Shown here: one piece after another, positions 1 to 12,156 of the stretch | Numbering within the stretch: position 1 is the first letter of the stretch | How the letters are laid out: every line of letters begins with the position of its first letter | NCBI GenBank assembly: GCA_032718475.1 | Contig: JAUCBJ010007617.1 | Span: 1-48,975 of the forward strand | DNA from: Nemertoderma westbladi | Taxonomy: Eukaryota > Animalia > Xenacoelomorpha | DNA: 48,975 nucleotides | Direction of reading: 5' to 3' | Program-made: the position numbers and the translations under genes | The notes under the pieces: generated by a model | Databases searched by the model: none | Seen by the model: the letters and a program-made list of their open reading frames with translations, nothing else | What the model was told of the DNA's origin: nothing

Positions 1-237
1 ATAAATTAACAGCCTTGTTGTTAAAGAGCGGAGAATAGCAGTTCCCGATGTCGACAGTAAAAATAATAACAACTGCTCTTTCATTTCCGGTGTCTAGGTC
101 CGCGTAGAGAAAGGTAAATTTCCTTTTTTGTTGAATAATGGGTTTTAGAATTTATGAAAATAAAAATAAGGAAAGCAGGCATGCACCTTATTTGCCGCAC
201 CTGATTTTTAAAACCCAGTTAGTCAGTCCTTCTTTAA

Positions 238-1809
238 CCCTATTAAACCCGGGGGGGGGGGGGTCAATATGACCCCCCCCCCCCGTGGTTTTTTTATTAT
301 AATTCTGAAACAAACGCAGTTGGGAATCTGAAATTTTATAACTTTTCCTAAAAATCTATTGTCTTCCTAGTAGTGAAAACCGTTTTCAAAAATATTGGGT
401 ACTTTTCGAGTTATAGCACCATTTTTTAACCCTACTTTTGGCACTTTTTTTGAGACGTTTTTTGAAAATTACATTTCATTAAATATGAATTGTAACATCT
501 CTATTTTTGATTTACACCGGTTTTTTGGGGTTAGAAATTGGATGGAATTCATATAAATTGATTTAGAAATTTCAAACTTGTTTTTTTCGGTGGGTGCCAA
601 ATTTTGGTGCCAGCACCAAATTTTGAAATAAGTCAATTTGGTAAATTGATTGTTTGAAAATTGTTTTTTACGCAATTGGGGTTTTTTGGGGTTCTGCATT
701 CGATGAAATATATACAAGTTGCACCAAGCGTATCAAACTTGTATTTTTCGGTGCTGTGTGCAAATTTTGGTGCTAGCACGAAATTTTGAAAATCCATTCA
801 ATAGATAAAATTGCTTGTGACAATTTATTTCCTGCGTTTTAGAGGTTTATGGCTGTTCTGAATTCAATGGAAAATATAATTATCGAACTAGACATCTCAA
901 ACTTGTATTTTTCGGATCTGGGTGCAAAATGTGGTGCTAGCACCAAATTTTGAAAACCATCAAATATATCAATTGATTGTTTACCTTGTTTCTTGCGTTA
1001 GACGGGTTTGTGATGGTTCTGAATTCAATGGAATCAGTAAAAATTTCATAAGAGTTCTCAAACTTGTATTTTTCGCCGGTGGATGAAAATTGTTGTGCCA
1101 GCACCAAATTTTGGAAAATATGCAAATTGATAAGTAGATAGTATCACCTTGTTTCTTGCGTTATACGGGTTTATGAGGGTCCTGAATCCGATGGAATCAA
1201 TAAAAACAGCACTGGACATCGCAAACTTGTACTTTTTGGTGATGGGTACGAGATTTGGTGCTAGCACCAAAATTTGCCAAATTACGCCGAAAAATACAAG
1301 TAGCAATGATCTGGCATATTAGAAATGTATTCCATTAGAATCAGCGCCCTCGAAAACCTGAAAATGTGAATTTATAGCATCGTATAAGTGAATTAAAAAT
1401 TTTGTGTTCTAACTGAAAAGTGCTGGTTACTTGTTTTTTTCATTTTTTTCCTACGCAGAGAGGACTAAACAGCCATTTATAGTAATCATATCATTTTTAA
1501 ATATTTTCCAACGTATTTTGCACCCCAGAAAACCTGTATTGAAAAATAATTAGCCGAAAATGTAACTTTCAAATTTTGTGAAAATTGTGCACTACTTGTA
1601 ATTTTGGTGTTGCAATATAACCACCCCAGTACATTTTTTCGAAAATTTTTTTTTTCGGTCCGATCCAGAGAAGTGATACCTACGTACAAACAAAAAATCA
1701 GACGTTTTCGTAAATATTTGTAGATTTTAGAGGGGGGGGGGTCAATATGACCCCCCCCCCCCCCCCCCCCCCCGGTATTTGTACATTTTATAGCCCGGTA
1801 CTAATAGGG
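238..1809. mobile_element. Non-autonomous piggyBac-like DNA transposon
   Basis: TTAA at 234-237 and 1810-1813; termini CCCTATTAAACCCGGG and (reverse complement) CCCTATTAGTACCGGG; empty site with a single TTAA at 9994-9997 in the second copy of the flank; no transposase ORF. Confidence 0.9.
572..1278. repeat. Diverged ~162-bp tandem repeat (about 5 units) inside the piggyBac-like element
   Basis: CAAACTTGTATTTTTCGG...TTTGGTGCTAGCACCAAATTTTG recurs near 572, 733, 897, 1058, 1221. Confidence 0.8.
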
Positions 1810-4295
1810 TTAAGTTATGTCTGATTATTTTATTGTATCCAGTCCGCAGCATTGGATGTAATTTACGAGCTTTTAGGGAATTTATAGAAACATAAATTAC
1901 AACGATTCTCTCAGAAATTCCAGATCCAGTCATGGCAACCACGCAAGGTGTGATACCAAATATAGGACTACAGTACTACGGACTACGGACTACAGTACAG
2001 GAATCACTGCAGAATGTCTATGCTGACGGTGCGATCAGCCCAGTTGTAAGCTAATTAAATAAAATAAATAAACTCTTCTTCTTCAAATAAACAATGCCTC
2101 GTTTATTTAGACTTGTACATGTACACCTATTGTATGTATGCTTTACGTACAGTACATACAGCTGTATATATATGTATGTGATGTGATTGGTGTCTGTGTA
2201 GATGTTTGTAGGTGTAGTCGAGTTTTGGAGCTTTTGGGGATTCGTTTAACAAAGATAATTTACTGTATAATTATCACCGCATTCATTATATATGTTCAAG
2301 AACCACGTTATTCATACCGCTATCTGTCAACCAATATTATTTAGAGATATAACATTCACTAGGAGTTCAGCCAAAATCAACTCTGATCTCTGTTGGTTAA
2401 TTAAATTAACATAAAAAATAACTTAATTAATATAATCACATTCGATACAGCGTCTTGAAAATCCTACTAACGTTATTTAATTATTTAATTGGCTATTTAA
2501 TTAGCTAAAATTAGTTTTTAGCCGTAACTTACTGTACCTTATTTAACGTAACAACTATAGACCCGTAAAGTACTTAGACCAATCTCGTGTCCCTGATCTT
2601 ATCCCTAGCCTTTTTGGTTCTATAGCGCCCAGTGCCTTAGATGTAGCCGAACTACAATACAGTAAAATACGGATGAGATTTCGCTCTCTATTTTTTTCAC
2701 CACTGTATTTCATTCGAAATGCAGTAAAAATACTGATATAGGCTTTTGCTCTCGCTAGTTTTTTTGCGGCAATTTTTCCCGAGAAAAATTGTCTATCTAA
2801 ATTCTAAAATAGTTTTACCCGGCTGGCATTAAAGAAATTGTGACAACAAGTGTTTTCCATCGTGAAAAACTCTCACGGCCATGAGTAGCGCTTTGGGAAC
2901 TTTGTTTTTCCTATAGTATATTTAAATCTCGGTTTTACTAAAAATTCCGAGCGTAAGAGTGTAGGCTTATAAATTGTAGTAGTCTACACTCAGCCAGCCG
3001 CAACCAAGATCTATCTCTATGACCAACAAGAGAGCTGACGCTCGCTCGCTGCTGGGACTAAAGTCTTTGGGGGTCCTTCCCAGCCTTGGAAACGGGTGCC
3101 AGGTAGGTTTAGTTTCGGGCTTGTTTAGCGGACTTGCGTAAGTAATTGGTGATGATGCGTGAGTATCTCCTGACACCTGAGAGTAGCTAACTGCGGGTGA
3201 GGGACCGCTTGGTTTCGGTCAGCTGGAGTGGAGTTCCTTGGTCGCCATCCTTTTTATTCGTTCGTTGTGATTAATTTGTGTGAGCAACCGCTCTTCTTTC
3301 AATTTCAAGGTCACTGAAGCGAACGCGAAGCTCGGGTGACCCACCCAGTGAGGTACCACTTACTGTTAGTAGACCCCTGTTTACATTTATGAAGCGTTAT
3401 TGTTGAAGTGTAAGGTGTGCTGTAGTGGGTGTAGTCTAGATAACGAAACCTGCGCTGTGCTCACTGAAGCTTCAGTAACGTGTGCGTATCTTATAGCGCA
3501 AGTTCTGTGAGAGACCTAGGCGGCCTATGTGTGTGATTCTTGGCTTGCAGTAACCTCTAGTGACTGAAACGACGAGTTTGTTTTGTATTATCCTGTTTGT
3601 CACCGCCCGAAAAGGCTATTCTATAGGGATTGTCACAGTGGAAGGCCCGTGGCCAGTGGCCACAACAACCGTGGGATCGTGGTGGTCCTGTCCTCCGTCT
3701 CCCCATATGAAATGCCTGTATTGTTCATGTAATTATTTACGTTGCCGGCGCCTACGAAGCTCCTGATAATGGATCACAAGTATTGCCTCAGCTATTGGGT
3801 AAGTATACCTTTCCGAGTACAGCCTAGTAGGTTGAGAAATCCCCGTGGTTTGTTCTGGAATTGTGTTTTTCCCCAAAACCCCGTTGTGTCCACTATCTTA
3901 GTGTGTTAGCCAAGTAAGTATTAACTTTATCGCACGTACCAATAATACATTATAATCTAATAAATATTTTTGTTTGGAATAGGACTGACAAAATTTAAAA
4001 TTAACAAACAAAGTATTTTCCGAGTATTCTGGACAAAGTCTTGCGACCAATCTCCGTTGCTCAAAGACAGTTTTTAAACTAAACGTTTGTAAAATTGTTT
4101 TTTAGATTTCTTGAGATTGGTTGTACCTCGAATTTGAAGTTTAATATTCACTGTAAAGAGAAGGCAGATAAGGCTCTCAAAATAGTAAATATAATTTCGT
4201 TGTTTTTATACGAATAATATAATATAAAATAATGTAAACAATATAATATAAATATAATTAAAATAAAAATAAAAATACTAAATATAAATATAATA

Positions 4296-4900
4296 TACCA
4301 GCCATCACACTATAGACATACGGCCCTCCTTTCATGTATTGCGGGGTAGACCTCTTTGGACCTATACAACTGAAAAGAGGAAGAACAGAAATAGAGTGTG
4401 AGATGAAATGGAGTATTATTTACATGCTTCGTATCGTATGCCGAGCAGTTGGACCTGGCGGCAGAATATTCAACCGACGCATTGATTCTGGTACTGAATT
4501 TTTTTTTTTTTTACTCTTAAGTCTCATTTATTCACATAGATAATAAAACGTTAATGTTAAACAATACCCACCACCAGCTGACGTTACTAGGCAACCAATG
4601 TAGGAGGGAAATTTAAAATGAAAAATGCTCCATACGGAGTATGGAGCATACTGGTACTGAATAGATTTTGTTGTCGCTATGGTAATGTCAAAGATTTATA
4701 TGCTAATTAAGGTAGCGACTTCACTGGTGCTGAGAGACAACTACAAGAGTGGAAAGTGCTAAAGAGCTAGGTATTCCCCCAAGAGTTCCGACTGGAAGTT
4801 AACTGGTATTGGTCAGCCCCAACCGGAAGCCACCAAAACGGAGTAACGGAACGACTAATTCGTATAACTCGAGAAACACTACTGTTTGTGTTACTAGCGC
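4296..4900 (+). pseudogene. Degraded BEL/Pao LTR-retrotransposon integrase fragment
   Basis: Translates as PPFMYCGVDLFGPIQLKRGR...STDALILVLNRFCCRYG...GSDFTGAERQL...NWYWSAPTGSHQNGVTERLIR, collinear with the integrase at 42818-44011; has stops, frameshifts and an insertion. Confidence 0.85.
4500..4650 (-). mobile_element. Short poly(A)-tailed retroposed insertion with 12-bp TSD
   Basis: CTGGTACTGAAT at 4488-4499 and 4651-4662; poly(T) at ~4499-4512; minus-strand AATAAA ~14 nt before the tail; removal restores the integrase frame. Confidence 0.85.
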
Positions 4901-5110
4901 ATGTGAGTCATCTCGCGGGTCATCTCGTCGACACGAGATGTAATCATATAGCCAGGTCAAATCATAACTTAAAACGCTAAATACCAAATTATATAAGACA
5001 CTGCAGGATTGAAAATGCTGTTTTACTTTTTTATTCAAGAGTATAATTAATGATCTTGCGAACAAAATATAGCGACCGGTAGTTGCCTAGCTACAGTACG
5101 CCTCAATCGT

Positions 5111-5500
5111 TTAGATGAAGGGTTTTTCCTCAATCCTTGTGTTAAAATATTTCGCCTCCTTCACGACTTTTTCTCCAGCCTCAGCCATTCCTAAATCCGC
5201 GGCTAATAATTTGATATGCCCTTCATATTTCTCAATAAACTTCATAACGTTACAGACTGTAAGTGTATATTCCCTATTCCACGACATCATCATCAAGATT
5301 TTTTCAAAAATGAACTCTTCTGCACGTTTTGCGCGATTCCTAATTGTGCGTTCGACATTGTTGAATGTATAAGAGACATCTTCTATTGTTGGAAAATGGA
5401 GCTTAGTAGTAGTAGTACTCAAATATTTGACACGTGACTCTTCCAGTTCATTTATTCTTGGGAATATGGAGCCCATATAAGTTTCTTTATCCGCATCCAT
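5111..5500 (-). CDS. Uncharacterised 129-aa protein, paralogue of 30820-31275
   Basis: Intact ATG-to-stop ORF; clear gap-poor protein similarity to the 30820 ORF (VSYTFNNVERTI/VSYIFNNVKRTV, KILMMMS/KILIMMS, VMKFIEKYE/VMNFIVKYE, LAADLGMAEAGEKVV/LAKDLEITDAGDKVV). Confidence 0.65.
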   Translation of the reverse strand: MDADKETYMGSIFPRINELEESRVKYLSTTTTKLHFPTIEDVSYTFNNVERTIRNRAKRAEEFIFEKILMMMSWNREYTLTVCNVMKFIEKYEGHIKLLAADLGMAEAGEKVVKEAKYFNTRIEEKPFI

Positions 5501-5763
5501 TGTGGGTGGAAAGTTCTAAAAGTCGTTGAGTCTGTGGAAAGTTTCTAAATACACAATAACCTTATTGATCACATTTATGTATTGTGAATTAAAGTTAAAT
5601 TTACAATGAATAATTACAAAAGTTACTTTAAATTACTATTATTATATATTTATTTAAATTAATTAGTGTGCTATAATGGCGCACTTACTTAAGGATTTAA
5701 AAGTTTAAGCCTACATATACAGTAGAGCTATTGGATAAAATAAACTTTTTCACTTTTAAAACA

Positions 5764-6952
5764 ACTACTACTACTACTAGGATCGGCATGCTGCATTGCA
5801 GCTGCATTTTTAAGAATGCTGTGCCGGCTTGTCAACAAAATTGCACCGCCACAACTCCCTATCACCCATGACATTTGCTAGATCATTCGCATCTTTAAGG
5901 CCAGTGTCCTTTAAGATGCGTCTCAAGAAAGTCATGGGCTGTCCACCATGCTTATTCACTCCATGAGGCTGCCAAAGTACAAGATTATGCACCGGCTGGT
6001 CCTCACGGCGAAAGCAATGTCCTGCAAAGCGGAGGCGATTTTGTTCTAGTGTCAAGCTTGGGGGAACCAATGAGACACCTCCAATGTTATATAGTGTCTG
6101 GTTGGAGATGTGTGCATTGTACTTGACACAATGAACCCGGCGTAGCATTCTTGTGAATGTGCCATCCAGAGATTTGGTGTCCTCAGCAGTTAGAGCCCAG
6201 CATGGACTCCCGTAGAGGAGTAATGGAACTACTGCTGCTCTAAATAATCGGACCTTAAGTTTCCGATTAATTCTCGGTGACTTCCAAATCCTGGAAAGCC
6301 TATTCAAGGCTGCCCATGCCTTTCCCTTACGTATTCGAAGGTCCTCACCTGACTTCCGGATCCATGATCCCAGGTAACAGAAGTCGTCCACATGCTCAAG
6401 CATACCATCCTTTGAGCTTATGCTCATCCGATCAGAGACTTGCTGAGGACTTTCAAAGTTAACTGTCAGAATTTTGGTCTTTCTGGAGTTAATAAAAAGA
6501 CCAACACTAGAAGCAGCATGTTCTAATGAGCTGAGGAGCCGTTGGACTCCCTCTAATGATTCTGAGAGTACTCCTAAGTCATCAGCAAAGTCTAGATCAG
6601 TTAGGTACTTGGCAGGATTTCCTCGACTTCTGGAGCCAGTAGGTGGAGTTATCATCACCCCATCATCATTATGATGATCTAAGGACATGCGTAGAACATA
6701 GTCAACCACAATAATGAACAACAATGGTGCAAGTGTAACGCCCCATAACACTTCAAATGGTTCTGTGTCACCGTCAACAGTAGACACAAATGTTGTCGAA
6801 CCATCGTATACTGATCTGATTGCTGCAATAATTTCATCAGGAATCCCATATAATGAAAGTATGCTGAACATACGTGAGCGAGAGATTGAATCAAAGGCCT
6901 TGAAGAAGTCAACAAAGATAACAGCCAGATGCCTGTCTTTCTTTTTTGATAA
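5764..6952 (-). mobile_element. 5'-truncated RTE-clade (RTE/RTE-X-like) LINE, RT 3' half with (TAG)n tail
   Basis: RT motifs FVDFFKAFDS, FADD, YLGS, LLYGS, RLRFAGH; short 3' UTR ending in tandem TAG repeats; near-identical to 25382-26556 but with a 12-bp deletion removing LQGD. Confidence 0.93.
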
Positions 6953-7135
6953 TAATATATGTATATTTACCACTTTAATTGACCTTCACAATAAAATGCC
7001 TACAGGCAAAATGTATATTCGTTGGTTAGTTTTCATTTTTTGACAAACTAACTGCCCACCGTCTCCCCATATCCCATTATGAAAATAAAAGTTGTACACA
7101 AGAACTGTTGATCACGTGGTATTAGGCCTATCATG

Positions 7136-7783
7136 GTATTACTGTGATAGCTATCTTCATTTTTGAAATTTTTTTAATCGTTTTTATTGACATTATTATT
7201 ATGTTCTAGAACAATATTCACATAGAACTTTATACTATAATGATTTCATATTACAATATTAGCATAAATTAAAATAAGTTACTTGGGTCTAGTAATTGTT
7301 CTTGATTAGTTGTACTGTATCAATCCATGAAATGGGTTATCTTTATTAAGACCCCCCCCCCCCCCCCCCCCCCCCCATCGAAACTCGCCCAGGCGGTTCT
7401 TCAACCATAAAATGTGCTTCACAAGCAATTGAGAGGCAGAAAACCATGTTTCATTCCTACATGATCGACAGCGTCTAGTAGCACCTTTGCATCGCCACAT
7501 CAGTTTCGTTATGCCATTCATTCTCCTTCGAATGCCATGTGCATTGAAATCAGTTAGTGACCGTACCGTACATCTTTAAATGTCACTACCAGTAGGTAGT
7601 AATCTAACCGATTGAGCAAAAGTAATAAATATATAATAGCCGAATAGCGCTCTCTTCTGTTGCCAATAAAGATGCAATTTCGAAATGTTAGGGTCAGTCA
7701 TTATGAATATAATAACGAAACGTCTTGAATAAAAACCATTATTTTAAGAATTACAAAAATGGAGATAGCTATCACAGTAATAC
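7136..7783 (-). mobile_element. Internally deleted Merlin-like (IS1016/IS1595-related) DNA transposon
   Basis: 30-bp TIR GTATTACTGTGATAGCTATCT(T/C)CATTTTTG; flanking direct repeat (C)CTATCATG (8-9 bp); internal minus-strand relic WRC..C.SCRNETWFSASQL...IL resembles the Merlin transposase N-terminal motif. Confidence 0.75.
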
Positions 7784-8750
7784 CTATCATGACGTGTCAC
7801 ATTTGATATCCTCAACACCACTTCCTTTATCTACTTTTCTGTAAATCCTTATAAAATTGTTCAAAAAATCTCAGATTTTATTAATTTTGTATATTACACA
7901 TTAGTACGTATGATATATTTTTCAAGCTTTGAAGGAATAACTTTCAAACGAAATAGCGCTAATGAAATTAATTTATAGTTGCCGTTGCAGAAAAAAAAAC
8001 CCTTCAATAGTGGATTATAAATAACCCCAACTTCCGTTTTGCGGGCCAGTAATTATTTTAAAAGCATAAATTTACTTGTTACACTACATTTGTTGCAAAA
8101 GGTTCTAGCTACAGTATTTCATACAAAAATATGTTAAATGAACTTGCAAAATACTTTTTATTCTGGAACATATTTTAGAATTCTAATAAAATTACCACTA
8201 AAGTTCTAAAAACCTGAAAATCAGAAACAAACATAAACACAAAATTTTGTCTTAATTTTACATAAACAGTGGTTGTTCGCAAAAACGTAAGTTCAACCTA
8301 AATAGCCATTGAATAAGTGCGGAATATCTGAGGAGGCTTTGATCGGCTTTGCAAGAAAACAAATTAAATTGCTGAGGTGAGCTGTTAAAGATGAGCTGTT
8401 ATTTTACCAATGAATTACTTTATTAATATGTAAACAAAGTAATTTAAGACTATTTGTAAACAAAGAGGATGGATCAAAAAATTAAACATATACCTGTAGG
8501 CCTACGTGAAAATACGCAGTGAAAATATATGTTTAGATTTCAGATTGCATATAACGTTTTGGTTGTTAGCAAAATACATTATATCATCCCTTGACTACTA
8601 AAGAAAGCACTAAGTTATTTAAAAGAAACTGTTATATAATATTTCAAAATACTAAAATAGTTAGTTAAGTTGCCGCTGATCACGTCCAGCTCAAACTACA
8701 TAGCTAGCAATTTTGTATTTCAAAGTAACTAAACATTCAAAGATAAATAT

Positions 8751-9590
8751 GTGGCTGGCCACGAGAAAAGGGACCTTATGTCGCAAAACCTGATTCTGAG
8801 ATAATCGCGTTTAAAGTTTCCCTCTATTTTTGAACAAATTTAATTGGATTATCAATTTAGAAATGAATAAAACGATGAGGGAAATTCAAATTGGTTCTGA
8901 TATTCAATATACCTAGGAAATAACTAATTACAGGAAGCAATATATGATGTTGCAGTGTTGTATATAACACTGTCTTAGGGTTTTCATGTCTGAATTTAGG
9001 ACTGTAATAAATTGTAATTTTACTACTGTAATATGTGTAGGTACTGTAGGCCTACAGTTATTTTTTAAATGCAATATGGCTGTCATTTTCTTAATTTATC
9101 TTCGTTAGTTCTTAAATTTTGTAATCCCAATAAAGAATTCAAAATATAAATAATTTTAAATTTTGTTAAAAAAAATTATCTTTTTGAAAAGATTTAAAAT
9201 TAAAAAAAATATTTTTTTGGTTACATGTTTTTTTGAAAATTTTGCAATTTTTTAAAATAGTTCATGAACAATATTAATAGTTTCAAAGTGTTAAAAGTTG
9301 TATAAAAAGCCGAATAACATTGAGCTGCCTAACTATATAGTAAGAATTGCTATGATATTATTAATATTTTCCATTTTTTTTAATTAATAATCGCTTATTA
9401 TAACCGCTATTAATAAATTTTTTTGCTACCCGATTCACCTTCACATATATCGCTATAACTTTTTTTTGGAAATAGATATTGAGACACCGTTTTTTTTGTT
9501 AAAATCTCTGGAAAATTCTGCATCTCATAGGCCTAATAACTCAAAATCGACCTCCGGTGACATAAGGTCCCTTTTCTCGTGGCCAGCCAC
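8751..9590. mobile_element. Non-autonomous TIR element (MITE-like), superfamily unassigned
   Basis: Perfect 32-bp TIR GTGGCTGGCCACGAGAAAAGGGACCTTATGTC; flanked by ATAT on both sides (or TA if termini are TGT..ACA); AT-rich non-coding interior. Confidence 0.9.
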
Positions 9591-9754
9591 ATATTATACA
9601 GTATGTATAATTTTTACATTGCATATACTGCACAATGTGTTTAGATTGTAAGTTTCACCTTATCGTATACAATATTGGCCACCTAAAGTAATTATGGTGC
9701 CTATAACTACCACCGGTGAGTAGAATGCTACATAACATAAAATTCTAGAACAAA

Positions 9755-10320
9755 AATTAACAGCCTTGTTGTTATGTATACTGTAGAGTGGAGAATAGCA
9801 GTTCCCGATGTCGACAGTAAAAATAATAACAACTGCTCTTTCATTTCCGGTGACTAGGTCCGCGTAGAGAAAGGTAAATTTCCTTTTTTGTTGAATAATG
9901 GGTTTTAGAATTTATGAAAATAAAAATAAGGAAAGCAGGCATGCACCTTATTTGCCGCACCTGATTTTTAAAACCCAGTTAGTCAGTCCTTCTTTAAGTT
10001 ATGTCTGATTATTTTATTGTATCCAGTCCGCAGCATTGGATGTAATTTACGAGCTTTTAGGGAATTTATAGAAACATAAATTACGACGATTCTCTCAGAA
10101 CTTCCAGATCCGCAGTCATGGCGACCACGCACGCTGTGATACAAAAAACGTTGTGTGCGTTCCGGATAGCTACAGCTACAGTAGCTGGACTACAGGAATC
10201 ACCGCAGAATGTCTATGCTTTCGGTGCGATCAGCGCAGTTGTAAGCTAATTAAATAAAATAAATAAACTCTTCTTCTTCAAATAAGCGATGCCTCGTTTT
10301 TCTCGACTTGTACATGTACA
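9755..10320. repeat. Copy B of the duplicated segment, carrying the empty piggyBac TTAA site
   Basis: Direct alignment to 1-237 plus 1814-2125. Confidence 0.9.
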
Positions 10321-10408
10321 TAAACCTGTATACAGAGTTTCCTACGGGTGTACATACACACTCGTAGGAAATACAGGAGCTTTATACAAGACTTAATGCA
10401 TTTACACT

Positions 10409-11326
10409 ACGACCCTTCTCCAGTGATCACCGCCTTATTGTGGCCAAGGTAAGACTTATTCTGGGTGCTAGCAGAACAACGAAATCTGCCTTGCCGCGGC
10501 ATGACTGGTCCTCTCTGTTGCAACAGCCAAGTGTGAGATCCAGCTTCACACTACAGCTGAGCAACAGGTATGAGGTTCTTGCCTCTGAGGCAGCAGATCA
10601 CTGTGAGGGATATACTGCCTTCACAGAGGCAGTTAGCAGCTGCAGAAACAGTTCCTGTATACGCTCGAATCAGGAAACGGGCCCCCTGGACTGACAACAA
10701 AATTCAGAAGTGCCGAAATGACCTCTACAAGGCGCAGAAAGAGTCCCGACTCAAACAGACTACAGCGGCCAAGAATGCAGTTAAGGCTGCATCTAGGTCC
10801 CTGAACAGGCAGTACTCTGTTAATTTACAGGAGCTAAGAAACCAACAATGGTGCTGACGACAGCAGGCAATCATCCCAGGCATGGAGATCGATCAACTTG
10901 CTTGCTGGTCGAAAAAGTCAACCAACCACCAAGGTTAAGGCTGAATCACCAGCCGATCGCCTCAATGGTTGGAAGGCCCACTTTGAAAAGCTCCTCAATA
11001 ATGACAGGGTATTGCCTAATAACTTTATATAAGTAAAAGTGTCTGAGTCTGTACTCCCAGATATTCCCATTGGTGATATCTCCTTTGCAGAAATGAAGGC
11101 TGTTGCAAAGAGCATTAAGACCAATCGTGCCAGTGGAGTAGATGGTGCTCCCCCTGAGGTCTTTAAAATACCTGAGTGTTTAAAGCTCATCTATCCTATC
11201 ATAGTAGACATGTACCGAACAACAAGAGTCCCACAAGAAATGAAAACAAATAAGTTGGTGCCAGTTCCCAAGAAGGGCAACCTAATACTCTATGGTTCTT
11301 TTCGGGGAATCTCATTGATCTCGATT
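10409..11326 (+). mobile_element. RTE-clade LINE fragment (endonuclease C-terminus to RT N-terminus), degraded
   Basis: PFSSDHRLIVAK (APE end), LVPVPKKGN..FRGISLIS; highly similar to 24563-25240; frameshifts and a stop. Confidence 0.9.
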
Positions 11327-11480
11327 ACTACTAGGATCGGCATGCTGCATTGCGGCTGCATTTTTAAGAATGCTGTGCCGGCTTATCGACAAAATTGCAC
11401 CGCCACAACTCCCTATTACCCATGACATTTGCTAGATCATCCGCATCTTCAAGCCCAGTGTCCTTTAAGATGCGTCTCAA
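11326..11480 (-). mobile_element. ~155-bp 3'-terminal fragment of the same RTE LINE in opposite orientation
   Basis: Matches 5772-5925 including TACTACTAGGATCGGCATGCTGCATTGC tail region. Confidence 0.9.
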
Positions 11481-11745
11481 TTCACGTGATCTAAATAATA
11501 TTTTTTAACAATGGATTTCGACACCATAATGTTTATACTATATGCCATCGCCATTGATATGATGAGGTTAGGCCTACCTGGAGTCTTTTCTGTAGCATGC
11601 AATACATCATCCATAACTTTTCACTATATATCAGAAAATAAAGGAATTCACGCGGAATAAGCCTCAATGGAATGCGAATGTAGGGTTCGATGTAACAGTA
11701 AATAATTGTACCGAATGCGCTAAGTTAACCATGCGATTTACACTA

Positions 11746-12156
11746 GGTCACACTGGAGAAGATGTTGAGGTCAAGTTTGAGTAGGCTATACAGATAATCA
11801 TTGCATGGTACTTGGCGAGGTAACTTGTGTTTCGATGGATGAAGTGGTGTGCACAACAAGCAATTAAATCGATAAACGCCGCGCAGTAGTTGTAGATGAC
11901 TACGGGGGGTTTCTTAATGCAAAAAGAGTTCATGCAATTCGGTCGCTGTGATACAACCTGCCCTAACAACCTTTTAGAGGGAGCTGCGCCTACAACAACC
12001 GCAACCGCAACAGAGGATAGCAACACAAACACCGGTGGTAGGAGTTGTTACAATGCATTAATTGGGCACACCTTAACCGCTATCATTGTCATACGGGCTC
12101 TTCTACGTCTGAATGTTAGGAACACCAAAGAAACATGTACAGTACAGCATTTTTAA
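11746..12156 (+). pseudogene. Possible decayed terminal exon of a secreted/GPI-anchored protein gene
   Basis: Coding-like composition after a CTAG acceptor; Cys-containing segment, then Thr/Ala-rich linker (APTTTATATEDS) and hydrophobic tail (LTAIIVIRALL); interrupted by stops. No family recognised. Confidence 0.25.

Larger units (their letters stand above)
1..2125. repeat. Copy A of a ~570 bp dispersed/duplicated segment (1-237 plus 1814-2125), interrupted by the piggyBac-like element
   Basis: 1-237 and 1814-2125 align collinearly with 9755-10320 (e.g. GGAGAATAGCAGTTCCCGATGTCGACAG ... AGTCAGTCCTTCTTTAA|GTTATGTCTGATT ... GACTTGTACATGTACA). Confidence 0.9.

Noticed and set aside
3038-3055. 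GCTCGCTCGCTG resembling an AAV Rep-binding element
   Set aside because: Short simple repeat with no parvoviral ORF or ITR.
2790-3990. Possible solo LTR (AAAT|TGTC...GACA|AAAT)
   Set aside because: LTR-like composition, but the 4-bp AT-rich TSD and 4-bp termini could be chance; no second copy, PBS or PPT visible.
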